A DNA stretch of 64,000 bases. Source: Scyliorhinus canicula (Eukaryota). The notes under the pieces were generated by a model. The model was not told the origin of the DNA. It searched no databases and was given only the letters and a program-made list of their open reading frames with translations. Within the stretch, counting starts at the first letter, position 1; the number at the start of each line of letters is the position of its first letter. The stretch covers positions 27,765,709 to 27,829,708 of the forward strand of contig NC_052159.1 of the NCBI RefSeq assembly GCF_902713615.1, given 5' to 3'. The translations under genes and the position numbers were made by a program. This document shows, piece by piece, positions 46,315-63,270 of the stretch.

Positions 46315-48520
46315 CTCCTAGTTCCAGATTCTCCCTCCAGAGGAAATATCTGCTCCAAATTCACCCTGTCATACCCTTCAGGATCTTAAAAGGTTTTGAT
46401 CAAGACGCCTCTTATTCTTCTAAACTCTATTGGATACAAACCTAACTTTTCCAATCTCGCCTCAAAAGACAATCCGCTCATTCCTGGTATTAGTTAGTAA
46501 CCCTCCTCTGAATTCTTTCTAATGCATTTACATCCTTTTGTCGATAAGGAGATCAGTACTGTACATTATACACCAGATGTGTTCTCAACAATGACCTATA
46601 TGACAGAAGCATAACTTCCCTACTTTTGTAATCAATTCCCCGCACAATAAACAACAACATTCTATTAGCTTTCCTAATTACTTTCTGTACCTGTATACTA
46701 GCCTTTTGTGATTGCACCAGCTCACCCAGATGTATCTGCATCTCAGACTCTGCAATTTCTCACAATTTAAATAATAAGCTTTTTTTATTCCTGTCAAAAT
46801 GGACAATGTCACATTTTCTCACTATACTCTCATTTGCCAAATTTTTGCCTATTCATTTAACCTATCTATATCACTTTGTAGCCTCCTTTTGTCCTCATCA
46901 CAATTTACTTCCCTATCTATCTTTGTATCATCAGCAAATTTAGCAACCAATACCGTTAAACCTTTCATCCAATTCATTTATATAAATTGTAAAAAGTTGA
47001 GGCACTGTGGAGTTTGCACTTTCTCCCCATGTCTGTGTGGGTCTCGCCTGTACAACACAAAGATGTGCAGCATATTTGGATTGGCCATGCTAAATTGCCC
47101 CTTAATTGGAAAAAAAAAATTAAACTCCATTAGTGCCTCATCTCACAGAAATACACCAAATCATTGTATTGTAAAAAGTTGAGGCACTACAGAAAAGAGG
47201 GTGGCATGGTGGTGCAGTCGTTAGTGCTGCTGCCTCATGGTGCCAATGACCTGGGTTCGATCCTGACCCCAGGTCACTGTCCTTGTGGAGTTTGCACTTA
47301 TATCTGTGATATCTGTGGCTCACCGCTTGTTACATCCTGCCAACAAAAAAAGACCCATTTATACCAACTCTTTATTGTTACATAGCTAATCTTCAATCCA
47401 TGCCAATATGTTTTCCCCACACCATGAGCTTTTATTTTCCGCTGTGACCTTTGATGTGACATCTTATCAAATGCTTTCTGAAAATCTAAGTACAGTACAT
47501 CCACTGCTTCCTTTTATCCGAAACACATGTGGCTCCTTCAAAGAACGCCATTACATTAGTTCAACATGATTTCACTTACCTGGCCACATCCTGTCAATCA
47601 GACCATCCTATTGTCCCATCTCTTTGTTTCCTGCTGCTCAGCCAAATTCTCAAACAGGTCAGTAAATGTCCTCAATTCTGTGACCTTCAATTGTAGTCAC
47701 TATGAGGGATGTTCCCAAATGCCTTCTGGAAACACATATATATATATAGCATTCATAGGAAGACCTGTGACTACTACTTCAAACAAGTCAGTCAGATTCA
47801 TCAGGCATGACCTTCCCTTTACAAATCTATTCTGTCTCTCCCTGATCAACTCAAAATGTTCAAGTTGTCCAGTCACTGAATTTTTAATTTTGGACTCTAG
47901 AAATTTCCTGACAGCAGATGTTAAGCTAAGTGTTCTATAGTTCCCAGGCTTCCCACTCTTACCTTTCTCGAGTAGCAGAATTACATTCAATTTTCCCATC
48001 TAAAGGGATGGTTCCTGAATCAAAAACTTTAGAAGATTATAGTTAGGATAGCTGCAATGTTCTCAGCTACTTCCTTTAAAACGCTAGAATGAAAACAATC
48101 TAATTCTGGGGGTTTACCATTCTTTAGTGCTTATGTTAATTATTTTGAGTCTCTGTCCCTGATCAATATTAGTTTTCATGGGATGTCCAGTCTGTTGTTT
48201 TGTTCCTCTACTGTAAATAATGATGCAAAGTTCAGAACGTTTACCACTCCTTTATGTTCATTTATAATATCACTAATCAAATATTAAAGGACCCACATTG
48301 CTCTTAACCACCCTGTTTTCTGTTATGTACTTGTAAAGATTTTTTGTGTTGACTTTGACGTTCCTTCAAGTTTCTTATTCTATTTTTCTCGCTCTTACTA
48401 TCTGTCTTGTCACCCTTTGCTGCTCTTTGAATCTTTTCCATTTGCCTTGTCTGTTATTTTTGCCATTCCAGTGTGCCTTTTAATTTTATGTCGTCTCTTC
48501 TTCAGTTGTATGTGGTAATT
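46315..48520 (-). mobile_element. Decayed CR1 LINE fragments in ALG8 intron 1
   Basis: Minus-strand remnants DVLYLDFQKAFDK, PGNYRTLSLTS, GFVKGRSCL-like and KANRML...KSREVML. Confidence 0.8.
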
Positions 48521-49195
48521 AGGTATTTGGGAATTTTGGTAAATTTGGTAATTAAAGTTTGTGCTCCTTAGGGGTTTATTTTTTAAAAATAAATTTAGAG
48601 TACCAATTCTTTTTTTTCCAATTAAGGGACAATTTAGCATGGCCAATCCACCTAGCCTGCACATCTTTGGATTTGTGGGGGTGAGACCCACGCAGACACA
48701 GGGAGAATGTGCAAACTCCACATGGACAGTCACCCAGGGCCGGGATTGAAACTTGGTCCTCGACGCCATGAGGCAACCGTGCTAACCACTGCACCACCGT
48801 GCTGCCCCCTCCTTGGGATTTAATTATTACATTTTTTTATACACCTCCAACTGATCATCTGTCATTTTGCTCATGAATAATTTTCACCAGGTTACTGTGG
48901 ACCATCTCCATCTCTTCCCATTGAAGTTAGCCTGACCTAAAGATTAGCAGTTCTTTCGCATCTCCCCCTTTCAAATGAAACTTGAAGCTCAATCATACCA
49001 TGATCACACTTTGATAAACGTTTACACACCATTAGATTGTTAACTTTTATATTTCATGTTTACAGCTTGTTTAATTGATGTGCAACTATTCTGCAGCAAA
49101 CATGACCATTAAGTGTGAACAGCTGATTTGGTGTATTTATCATTTCAGTAATTTGGGAAAGTTATGTCACTGATCTATTTCCATGAAATGCTTAA

Positions 49196-49330
<135 letters not shown>

Positions 49331-51329
49331 TGATATATGAAAGATGAGGGTGTTCAATGTGCAATGACAACTCAGTCATTTCTGTCATAGAATCCCTACA
49401 GTGCAGAAGGAGGCCATTCGGTCCATTGAATCGGCACCAACCCTTTGAAAGAACACCCTAACTAGGCGTACTCCCCTGACCTAACCCCATAACCCCACCT
49501 AACCTTTGGACACTTAAGGGAAATTTAGCCTGGCCAATCCACCTAACCTGCAGATCTTTGGACTGTGGGAGGAAACCAGAGCACCTGGAGGAAACCCACG
49601 TAAGACACGGGGAGAACATACAAATTCCACACAGATAGTCACCCAAGGTCGGAATCGATCCAGGATCCCTGGCACTGTGAGGCACAGTGCTAATCATTGT
49701 GCCACCGTGCCGCCCCTGTCATGTCCTATCAGTCATGATATAAATGAGAACGACCATTTTATTTGATGCATTCAGAGGATCTTCATTTCTGCTCATCATA
49801 ACATCCAATTGTTTCTTATCTGATTCCAGACTTATACTTTCTCCAAAAACTCTTTCCATGAACTGAACCCTTTTATGTGAAAGCTGCAGCCGCAAGGTTA
49901 TCTTCTGTTGGCTTAGACCTGTGACCTCTTATCTTACCATCATCATTTAACTTGACACTATGTCCTGAATTTACTGCTCCTGAGACAGAACGTTCCAAAC
50001 CCACGCCTGCTACCACCTAAAAGGACAAAGACACGTCAGAACACCACTACCTGCAAGTCCCTCTCCAAGTCATTCACCATCCTGACTTGGAAATATATCG
50101 CCATTCCTTCACTGTCGCTGGGTAGAAATCCTGAACCCTTTCCTTCACAGAACGTTGAGTATACCTACACCACAGGGACTGCAGTGTTTCAAGACCATCA
50201 TCTTGAGGACAATTGGGAATCGGCAATAAATGCTGGTCCAGCTAGCGATGCCCATATCCCATAAATGAATTTTAAAAATTGTGAACGTAGATGCCTCTTT
50301 GAAGGCTCCTCCATTTACCAGGGTAAAATGTAAACATTGCTTAATTATTTCTTTGTGATTCAGTGCTCCGATGCTCGGAAACAGACTTTTCACTCCCTGT
50401 GCACCACCTCCTGGTTTTATTTCCTGTTTTATGTCTGCGTGTAGAATCTGTTCACAGTACTCGAATTGCATTTAGAACTATACATCGTACAGTTTCAGTT
50501 GTAAAGGTAACGCCTGGAATATTTCAAAATGGTTAAATATGGATGGTTTCCAACAGTGGTTAGCACTGTTGCTTACAGTTCCAGGGACACGGGTTTGATT
50601 CTCAGCTTGGGTCACTGCCTGTGCGGAGCCTGCATGTTCTCCTCGTGTCTGCGCAGGTTTCCTCCGGGTGCTCTGGTTTCCTCCCACAAGTTACGAAAGA
50701 CGTGTTTGTTAGGTGAATTGGACATTCTGAATTCTCCCTCTGTGTACCCGAACAGGCGCCGGAGTGTGGCGACTAGGGGATTTTCACAGTAACTTCGTTG
50801 TAGTGTTAACGTAAGCCTACTTGTGACAATAATAAAGATTATATTATTATACAAATATAGGTTTCAATTGCAGGAGGATTAGAGGGCACAGTACGCAGCT
50901 GCAATTCAGTCCTCTTTTTAAAACCATGCATTCTGTCCTTATTCTTCTGATACTTTGATATCAAAATAGAATATAGTTAAACAGAAAAACTTAAAACCGT
51001 TTGGAAAGCATCAAACTGGAGTTGGAACATAGTCGTTTCTCAGTTCAGATGACACGAAAATAGGCTCTGTTGTGACACCACTGGCAGGAGGAAATCATTA
51101 TACTATAAGCTTACATGCATGTAAGTAGTTCTTATTTTAAATGTGGGACAGTGTAAACTGTAAGATTTTTACTATGTTAAATGGATAATATCAAATCCAA
51201 GTAACAGTAAAAATCTTAAGAACAAAATATGGCTTTAAAATGGTGACTGAATTACTTTTCCTCATCCTGATCCAATTATCTCTTGAACCCTTCTTCACAA
51301 GTAATAGAGTTGTTTGACTCCCCTTATGA

Positions 51330-52440
51330 AACAAAAAGTAAAAAGGAGGCTTATGGTAGATATCGAGGGCTCAAAAGAGCAGAAACCCTAGAGGCGTACA
51401 GAATGTGCAAGAGGGAACTTAAAAGGGAAATTAGGAGAAGGATAAGGATACTGCTGGTAAAATAAAGGAAAAACCTAGGTTGTTTTCCAAGTGCATTAAG
51501 GATAAAAGGAAAACTAGGGCAAGAATAGGGCCCATTAAGGACCACAGTGATAATTTGTGTGTGGAGCCGGAGGATGTAAGTAGGCTTCTAAATGAATGTT
51601 CTGTGTCGGTGTGCCTAGTGAAAGGGATGGTGTGGGTATTCAATTTGGATAAATGTGAGGTGATGCACTTGGGCAGGGCAAACATGGCAAGGGAATACAT
51701 GATGAACAGGACCTTGGGAAGCACCGAAGATCGGAGGGACCTCGGTGTGCATATACATTCTTCCCTTAAGGTAGCAAGGCAGGTGAACACAGTGGCTAAG
51801 AAGGCACATGGTACACTTGCCTTTATTAGCCAAGGCATAGAGTTTAAGAGCAGAGTGTTCATGCTGGAACTGTATAAAACGTTGGCTAGAGTAGTGTGTT
51901 CAGTTTTGAATCCACATTATAGGAGAGATGTGTTAACACTTGAAAGGATGCAGAGGAGATTTACCAGTACACGGTTTACAGTGCGCTGGAGAGTTTTGGC
52001 TATGAAGAGAGATTGGATAGACTGGGGTTGTTTTCCTTGGAGCAGAGGAGACTGAGGGGGGACATGATTGAGATTTTAAAAATTATGACGGACATAGATA
52101 GAGTAAACAGGAAGAAACCTTTCTCCTTGGTGGAGGGATCAATGATCAGGGGGCATAGATTTAAGGTAAGGGGAAGGAGGTTTAGAGGGGATGTGCGAAA
52201 AATACTTTTTCACCCAGAGGGTGATAGGAGCCTGGAACTCGCTTTCTGAAAGGGTGGTGGAGGCAGAGACCCTCACAACATTTAAAAATGATTTAGATGT
52301 GCACTTGCGATGCCAAGGCATACTAGGCTATGGGCCAAGTGCTGGAAAATGGGGTTAGAATAGTTAGGTGGTTGTTTTTGACCAGCACAGACATGATGAG
52401 CCAAAGGCCTTTTCTGTACTGCAGACCTCTACGACTCTAA
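51330..52440 (+). mobile_element. CR1 LINE fragments in ALG8 intron 2
   Basis: FNLDKCEVMHLG, RDLGVHIH, LGLFSLEQRRLRGD motifs and CR1 3' end. Confidence 0.85.
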
Positions 52441-53268
52441 TGCTATGGGAAATCGATTGGTAAATGCAAACAGATCAGATATTGAATGTAGATTTCAGAT
52501 ATTTATGGTAAATACATCTATTTTTAAGGTGGAGGCAGATAGACTCTTGACTAACAAGGGAGTCAAAGGTTATCGAGGGTAGGCCGGTGGAATGTGGAGA
52601 TGAGGCCACAATCAGATCCGCCATGATCTTATTGAATCATGGAGCAAACCTGGGGGGTCGAAAGGTCTTCTCCTGCTCCGAATTTGTACTCTTGGTTGAA
52701 AAAAGAAAATTCGGTGGGTTTTATTTCAATCTGCCTATTTAGATTTACCTTGGACATTCCTGCAGAAAATATAGACTTATTGTTCACCCATAAATTGTAT
52801 TTGGCTATTCTATAAACAAATTGTAACAAAACCTGTCTATTGCCTCCTTGACTATCCCCCTGCAAAACCTTTAACAGAAGCTTATTAACAATAATTTCTG
52901 TTGAATTTGTGATGGAAGGTGGATAGAAATTTGTAAAAAGATGAATTTAAATGGATAAGGGAAAGAAGCAGAATTCAATACATTGCTCTGTTCAGAGTCA
53001 CTGTATGCATAGTGGGTTAAATCTAAAGCTTTCTTCTGCATTGTAACTTTATATAATTGTGTAAGACCACTTATAGTAATGGCCATTAGCAAAAATAGTC
53101 ATATAACCAAAATCTTCTCACGATATTTGCTTGATTTCAATAAATAACATCTTTTAGTTGATCCAATAATTAAGTCAAATGTAACTTTTATTTTCTTCTC
53201 GTTCTCCATTATTTCTAATCCTTCTGTTTTTTCTCTCTCCCACCCACCCACCCTCACGTCAAATGTAG

Positions 53269-53462
53269 GCAACGTCACAGTGGACTTTGGACTATCCACC
53301 ATTTTTTGCATGGTTTGAATATCTACTCTCCTTTGTTGCACAATATTTCGACAAGGAAATGCTGGTTGTCCAGAATGTTAATTATGCCAGTAACGCAACA
53401 ATCCTATTTCAGCGACTTTCCGTTATCCTCGTGGACGTAGTATTTATTTATGGAGTGATGGA
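53269..53462 (+). CDS. ALG8: ALG8 exon 3
   Basis: [18 protein letters not shown]...FIYGVME; phase-consistent AG/GT boundaries. Confidence 0.95.
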
Positions 53463-55527
53463 GTATGTCTTAATATTACCTTTATATTTATTTTTTAAAA
53501 GCTCGTGTTAGTTATTTATTAGTTGTAGAGCAAATATGAACATTTGAAAAGTTAAATATCAGTAATCATAAAATATTTGTGAAACTACCAACTTTGAGAA
53601 GTGGAGGATCACTACATGTTTAAAGTGTTGATTTCAAAAAATAAATTTTGCTCCCCTGAAAGTGCTGATTGTTTTGAAGATATGGTTCTATGGATACTGG
53701 TACTATATTGGTACCAGGCCCAAATGGCCATTCTTCATCTTTTGTGTCAGTAGTTTATTCAACAATAAGAGAGTGTTTCTTAAGCAGAGTGAAGCTCATC
53801 TGATCTCCACACATGCACTTTCCAGCACAGAGCAGCCTAATGATATTGCAGCCAATTGTACTATCCCAGGCTGAAATCAGCTAACTCAGGATTGAACCCT
53901 GGAACCTTTATGTGGCTCGGTATCACACTGCGTAATGCATTAGCTACTAAGCCATTGGAGGAGTTCCACTTTAATTATTTATAATTGCATCAAGTCAGCC
54001 AGTGATATCTTTCAAACAAAGGTGAACTGTCAGTCTCAAAAAGTATCTGGCATTGCAACTCATTTATTACACCTCAGCGGAGGAGCGTTCTGTTTAGCTT
54101 TGTGTTTTGAAAGAAAAAGCTAACAAGAAAAAAATCATGGTTCGTGGTGCCCAGTTGTAGCTGATGAGAAATGTATATCTCTTCCTGATTCCTGTGTCCT
54201 GGGATTGTCGATGAGGGTAGTGCAGCCATTGTTTTTAAAACTATTAATAGTAATTCCCCACTATGCTGAGTTACCAATCCAGTTACACTGTTAAAGAGGG
54301 AGCTGGGATGGAGTCCAGGTAGTTCCCACGCAATCTATGTAATTTCCATATTCCCAGTAGCCAGCTGAAAAATAATGTTGTTGGAAGATTGAGAGCTCAT
54401 CACCATCCATACTACATACAAACATACAAATTAGTAGCGGAAGTAGGTCTCTCTACCCCTCGAGCCTGTTCCACCATTCTATAAAATCATGATCAAACTG
54501 ATTGTAACTTCAACCTCACATCCCTGCCTACACCCAATAGCCTTCCACCCCTTGTTAATCAGGAACCTCTCTAATCCTGCCTTCTGCTTCCACCACCTTT
54601 TGAGGAAGAGTTCCAGACCTGCGCGACCCTCGGAGAAAACATTTCTCCTCATCTCTTCTTCAATGAGTGTCCCCTTCTTTGAAACAGTGACCCCAGGTTC
54701 TAGATTCTCCGACAATAGGAAACATCCTTTCCACATCCACCCTGTCAATACACCTCAGGATCTTAAAAGTTTTGGTCAAGTCATCTCTCACTCTTCTAAA
54801 CTCCAGTGAATACAAACCTAACTTCTCCACTCTTTCCCATAAGGCAACCCATCCATTACTGGCGTAGTCTAGTAAACCTGAGAATGGAGCATGACCGTAG
54901 AGAGAATTCTATGTACATTGATTGATATAGTCTCATTCCTTAACAATGGATTTAAAGTGATTGTTTTAAAAAGTCACATTGACCGCAAGTCTTTCTGTTT
55001 TCCCCTACAAATAGACTTTGTATCTTGATTCTGACATTTTAAATACTTTTAAAGGCAGTATATGGATATCTTTGGAATTAACTTAAAATGATCTGCTTAA
55101 AATTACATGATCGTCATAAGGCATTGTCATTTTAACATGCAACCAAAGCAAAATCTCCTAAGTGCTTTGCACCATTTTTCCTATAGCAGTCAGAAACTTT
55201 ACTGAGTTGAGGGGAAAGCACATCAGTCTTGCAGTGGCTGGTGATCAACATTACAAGTTGTTTTATTCTTTAGAAATGCCACATTTAGAATACACTGCAG
55301 TGTTGCTCCTACAGTATGTACAACTACAAAATGTGCAAAAGAAAATCCTTGGTATTCACTTTTAACAATTTTGTTGCCCGCACAGTTAACCGCAATTAAA
55401 AAGCAATTCAAAACATGATCCCCGAGGTGAAAGATGTGTGTTAAATCATTGCACTATCCAGTTGTCCGTAGAATAAAATGGAAAAGGAATAATCAGTAAG
55501 AGAATTTTTATTTGTCCTTTTTTAAAG

Positions 55528-55637
55528 GTGTTGCAAGTGTGTAAATAGAATAAAAGAGTCAAAGGAAATAATGGAGGGACCAGCTTTTATACTTGCAGCG
55601 CTGTTAATTTGGAACTTTGGATTATTGATTGTTGATC
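55528..55637 (+). CDS. ALG8: ALG8 exon 4
   Basis: [36 protein letters not shown]; followed by GTATCCTT. Confidence 0.93.
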
Positions 55638-57948
<2,311 letters not shown>

Positions 57949-58081
57949 TAAATAATTGAATGCTATTCTCCTCAGTGTTTGCTCATTGTACACATTAATC
58001 ACAGGAATGTGAATAGGCTTATACTCATTAATGTTAACAAAAACACAGAACTCAATAATTAAATATTTGGTTTTATTACAG

Positions 58082-58208
58082 GAAAGGCATTTGGAAAGTG
58101 CATTACTATTTGCAATCCTGATGAACTTTAAGCACATTTTTCTCTATGTGGCTCCCGCCTATGGTACTTACCTACTACGTTCATATTGCTTCACTATGAA
58201 CACACCAG
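58082..58208 (+). CDS. ALG8: ALG8 exon 6
   Basis: [42 protein letters not shown]. Confidence 0.95.
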
Positions 58209-59808
58209 GTACTGATTTTTAAAAAACAAATTGAGATAATGTACAGCTCCGTTTAGTCCTTTAATGGACTTGTATTTGTAAAATGAAAAGCAGGGAAGAA
58301 TTACAGGGTTGGTGCCAAGGTGTGCAGAACAGGGGAGAAAAGTATAAAAGCAGCAAAGAAAGTGGAGTAGGAAATTATATTAAACCAAATGTTGTCTTTT
58401 GTGAAATGATCACAAGATAATATCAGTTGAGGAAGGCCCATCTTCAATTCATTCATCCATTATGACCCGAAAATGCCTCTTGCTATATCCAATTGCTCCT
58501 TAAAAGGATTTCCAGAGGGTTGTGCGACTTTGGAACTTTGCCTCAGAAGTGGGTGAAGATGGGATCATTGAATAATTTAAAGGTGGAAGGAGACAGATTT
58601 CTTGTTAGGCAAGGAAATCAAAGGACATAGGGGTAGATGGGAATGTAGAATTTTAAATACAAATAGATCAGCCATGATCTTATTGAATGGAGGAGCAGAT
58701 TTGAGGGGCCAAATTCCAACTACTAATAACAATAATCTTTATTGTCACAAGTAGGCTTACATTGCAAATGAAGCTACTGATGCCTTGCAAAGGCAATATA
58801 ACGCTATGATACAACAGAGTGACTTGCTACGTGATGTCAGAGAGCGATTAATTATAATTAGTGTCAGAAGTTTACAGAAAGTGTTTCTTTTCTATCCATG
58901 ATGGATATTCAAAAGGCTAAATCTTTAATTTCTGCTGAATTTGTCTTCCTGTGTTAATTTTTAACCATTCTTCTTTGTACAAGCTAAGCTTTATTTTGTT
59001 TTGTATTTCAGCATTCTGATTCATTTTGTGCTCTAACTTTTGTAAAGTAGGTTTACCGTAAGAAGCACTTTTACTAGCTGACCAATTCAGGAAAATTCCT
59101 CTTTCTCTTTCTCTCTCGCTGCGGCAACCGGCTTTGCTTGGGATACTAGTTTATAGAAGCATTGACATCAAAATGTTTCATAATTTCCTCAAATATTTAA
59201 CTAATTCTGCACTAAATGTTCTGATTACCTCAACTACAAAAGGCACTTGCAGTAAAGCATTGGAGACCCTAATACATTGTTGCATGAAAATATTTTTCTA
59301 CTTTCATTCTAGTAATTTTGATATTACCTCTTTTTGTGAATTTATTCTCCAAGAATACCATGATTAATGAAGATACAACAAAACTTTCAAGAACAATTTT
59401 ATTACTATACTTTTTTCTGGTCCTAATGTTAGGCCTAAGAAAAAGTGGATGTGTAAACCTGTTCCACTAATCTCTTATGTTTTTATTCTCTGTTAACAAT
59501 TAATCATTAAATTTTTTTGATTGTTAATTTAGCTGTCTGACATTCAGTCACAGTGACCTATTCAAACTGACTATCCCAATATCTCCACTCTCTGTTTATG
59601 TGAAAGTATTTGTTTAAAAAAAGCAAGCAACGTTGAAGCTGTCTGATTTGTTTTTTAATGGGTATGGATGGTGAATATTACCTTTTGGATTCAAAATGCC
59701 TCATCATTTAATTTTCTCATTGCTTGGCTTGTAATTAATGACACATTTTCTTTTGTAATGTCCTCAAATCATAATTTGTCATTATTGTTCCTTGTGTTTA
59801 TTTTTAAG

Positions 59809-59912
59809 ATGGATCTATCCAGTGGAAGAGTTTCAGCTTTTCCCGTCTTTTTGCCTTGGGATCTATAGTCTGTTCTGTTTTTGCTGTTTCCTTTGGGCCC
59901 TTCATAGCCATG
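59809..59912 (+). CDS. ALG8: ALG8 exon 7
   Basis: [35 protein letters not shown]. Confidence 0.93.
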
Positions 59913-61057
59913 GTAAAGATGAGCTTGATAAATTGAATTTAAAACACGCTTTTGTGTACTTTATATTTCTCTGCATTTAAGATGTAACTTTGATGTTCTC
60001 GGATTCCCGTTGAGCATACTTTTATTTATATTGCGGGCGGTTGTGCAGTTCTTCCACAATACCAGAAGACTCCAGTGTCAAACATGTTATTGTGTTTGTA
60101 ATATGCGCTCTGTGAACATTAGCCCAAGAGTAGGAAGCATACTTGATATACTGCGGATATCTGGAGAAACTCTTAAATCGCTGCTGAAAATATTGACAAG
60201 GATGCAGCCATTTAAAGGTAAGTGGCTGTGTATGGGGGCAAACATTATTTTGTTCTTGAAGGCTATATGCAGGGTAAGAAACTAGAAGATAAAACTCAAG
60301 GGAGATACTAGATTCGAGTCAGTGGGCAAACAGTAGAGGGCACAGCCACAAATCCACTATCATGGATGGATGAAGTTGACCTATTGCATGAGGTAGGTAC
60401 AAGGAATGTTGCTTGATTTAGCACTCAAGGACATCCTCCCCAAAGGCAGCAACACATGCCTAGAAAGAGGGCATGGCTAGCCATATTGAAGGCTGTGTGC
60501 ATTATCTACAATACTTGGGAATAGAGATGGGAGAAGACGCCGTACTTCTAGCACCCTAGCAGGGTAAGATTACCTAATAGTATCATGACCCAAAAACGTT
60601 TGCCACAAAGAGTTGCACAACTTCTTTCACATCTCCTGACATTTGCTGTTCGTCCATTCCAAGCCCAATATATGCTCATAGCTCATACATACCTATTCTT
60701 CTGCAGGGCATGCATTTAAATTGCAAATTATAGTTGAAAACATGCTGCTATCCTTCAATTGCTGATGGTGTCATCAGGGACAATGTAAGATCTTGAGAAC
60801 AGTTGCAATAACAATATTGCTGAAGCACCAAATATTAATTTTTGTTTCTTTACTGATGTAAATTCAGTTCTTTTACTCTTATTTTTGACCCAATGACAAT
60901 GAGGAAATGACGATACGTGTTCAGGATAAGATGGTGTGTGAACTTGAATGTTGACTTTGAGGTTAGTGCACTCTTGTGTCCGCTGTCCTAATCCTTTGAT
61001 TATCTGCGAGGTGCTGTTGAAGGAACCTTGACATCTTGCAGCAGTATATCCTGCAGC

Positions 61058-61480
61058 AATGAGAGGTTGAATAAATTTGGTTTGTTCTCACTAGAACGAC
61101 GGAGGTTGAGGGGCGACCTAATAGAGGTCTACAAAATTATGAAGAGCATAGACAGAGCGGATAGTCAGAGGCTTTTTCCCAGGGTAGAGGGGTCAATTAC
61201 TAGTGGGCATCGGTTTAAGGTACGAGGGGCAAGGTTTAGAGGAGATGTACGAGGCAAGTTTTTTTACACAGAGGGTAGTGGGTGCCTGGAACTCGCTGCC
61301 GGAGGAGGTGGTGGAAGCAGCGACGATAGTGGCATTTTAACAAATACATGAATAGGATAGGAATAGAGGGATATGGACCCAGGAAGTGTAGAAGATATTA
61401 GTTTTGACGGACAGCATGGTCGGCACAGGCTTGGAAGGCCGAAGGGCCTGTTCCTGTGCTGTACTTTTCTTTGTTCTTTG
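61058..61480 (+). mobile_element. CR1 LINE 3' end in ALG8 intron 7
   Basis: ERLNKFGLFSLERRRLRGDLIEVYKIM and GGGCCTGTTCCTGTGCTGTA...TTTGTTC tail. Confidence 0.88.
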
Positions 61481-61965
61481 TTGGAGAAGGTGGATATTTA
61501 AGCTAGTATATGGAGTACTGATCAAGCAAATTGCTTTATCCTGGGTGGTGTTAGTTTCTTAGTATTATTTCAACTGTACTCACCATGGCAAGTCAAAAAT
61601 ATTGTCTCACATATCTGACTTGTGCCTTGTAGGTGGTGGAGAGGCATTGAGAGTAAGGAGGTGAGGGAAGCCACTCATCACGGAATACCAAGCCTCTGAG
61701 CCTTTCGCCTGCTCCAGTAGCCGTGGCATTTGTGCGACTGGTCCATTTGAGTTTCTGATCAGTGATCACCTTCCCTCCTCATATTGAGCTGAATATCAGC
61801 ATATGTTTAATTTGAAAATAAGTAATAATTTAAAACAAATGTTAAGATTTCTTACCAAGTAATAGACCAGGCCTTTACTTAAAAGTATGCTCCTGAAGGA
61901 AATTTTGAGACACAAGCACAGAATTCCCCAAGCTGTTTATTAATAGATGTTTCTTTCTTTCCCAG

Positions 61966-62086
61966 GGTCAGCTGCCTCAGGTGCTTGCACGACTTTTCCC
62001 CTTCAAGCGAGGTCTCTGTCATGCATATTGGGCCCCAAATTTCTGGGCTCTGTACAATGTGGTGGACAAAGTATTATCTATCATTG
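61966..62086 (+). CDS. ALG8: ALG8 exon 8
   Basis: [40 protein letters not shown]. Confidence 0.95.
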
Positions 62087-62390
62087 GTACGGTCTGGTTA
62101 CTTATATCGGACATTAATATATTAAACATCTCAGACATTTAACGTGTTGGTCTCTAAGATATTGAACTGTCAATAGTGAATGGGAAGAAAAATTAATTCT
62201 TTATCTGAACATTGAAAACTAATAAATACTCAGGAAATTATATTTTCACAGTCCTGATATTTACCAGATTGAAGTTAATTTCTTACCAGTTGCTGGTGCT
62301 ATTTCTGTAACTATCATATTAAATTATTTCATCAAACAAAAAGCTAATGTTCCAAACAACTGACAGGTCATTTCTATTTTTCCGATACAG

Positions 62391-62530
62391 ATGTAAAGTT
62401 GCAACTGCTGGATCCTGCTAAACTTTCAAAAGCATCAATGACGGGCGGTTTAGTGCAGGAGTTCCAGCACAGTGTCCTCCCTTCTGTGTCGCCATTCACA
62501 ACATTGGTCTGTACATTGCTCTCAATAATG
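62391..62530 (+). CDS. ALG8: ALG8 exon 9
   Basis: [46 protein letters not shown]. Confidence 0.95.
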
Positions 62531-62787
62531 GTCAGTACCAGCACATACTTTCTCAATGGAACATCATTCTTTGGTGTTTATGTTTTTTGGCATTGGTTGA
62601 TGTAAAGATAGCAATGTTCATTTGATGAGAGGAGTTTCCGAGTTTTGTATTGATTTTCTGCTTTTGAAGCTGAATGCTGGTGTGAGTATTTCATTATGTG
62701 CAAAATGGCCAGTAGAGAACACAAAAGAATTTTTTTGCCTCAACTATTAACCAGTGTCTTATACCTTTCCATATCTCTTGTTTCAAG

Positions 62788-62927
62788 CCTGCTATTCTCC
62801 ATCTTTGGCTCAGACCTCGAGGACCTAGAGGGTTCCTTCAGTGCCTCATCCTTTGTGCATTGGGGTCGTTCATGTTTGGCTGGCATGTGCATGAAAAAGC
62901 CATTCTCATCGCGATACTGCCATTGAG
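62788..62927 (+). CDS. ALG8: ALG8 exon 10 (gene continues beyond window)
   Basis: [46 protein letters not shown]. Confidence 0.95.
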
Positions 62928-63270
62928 GTATCTTAAATTTGTTTGCTTAGTGGTGCAGTTCAATACCACTGTAGCACGTTTTGTAATATCAATAATGGGG
63001 ATTCTGTTACAATGCCAGAAGCAGAAATATTTCTCAAATATTAGATCTTGATGTGAGGAGCCCGTTGGTAATGGATGGGGTAATGAGCTAGTTACAGGCA
63101 TGTTCAAACTGCAAATATGCAGGGGTCGCAAGTCACTGGTAAACCAGCCCCCAAAGCCCTAGCACCTCATTTCTATTTTGCATTTCTCTTTTGCGGTTTT
63201 GACCTGTTTGTGTCTTCAGGGGCTGGAGGTTTAGCAGTATGTAGCATTGTTTTTTAAAAATATATTTAGA

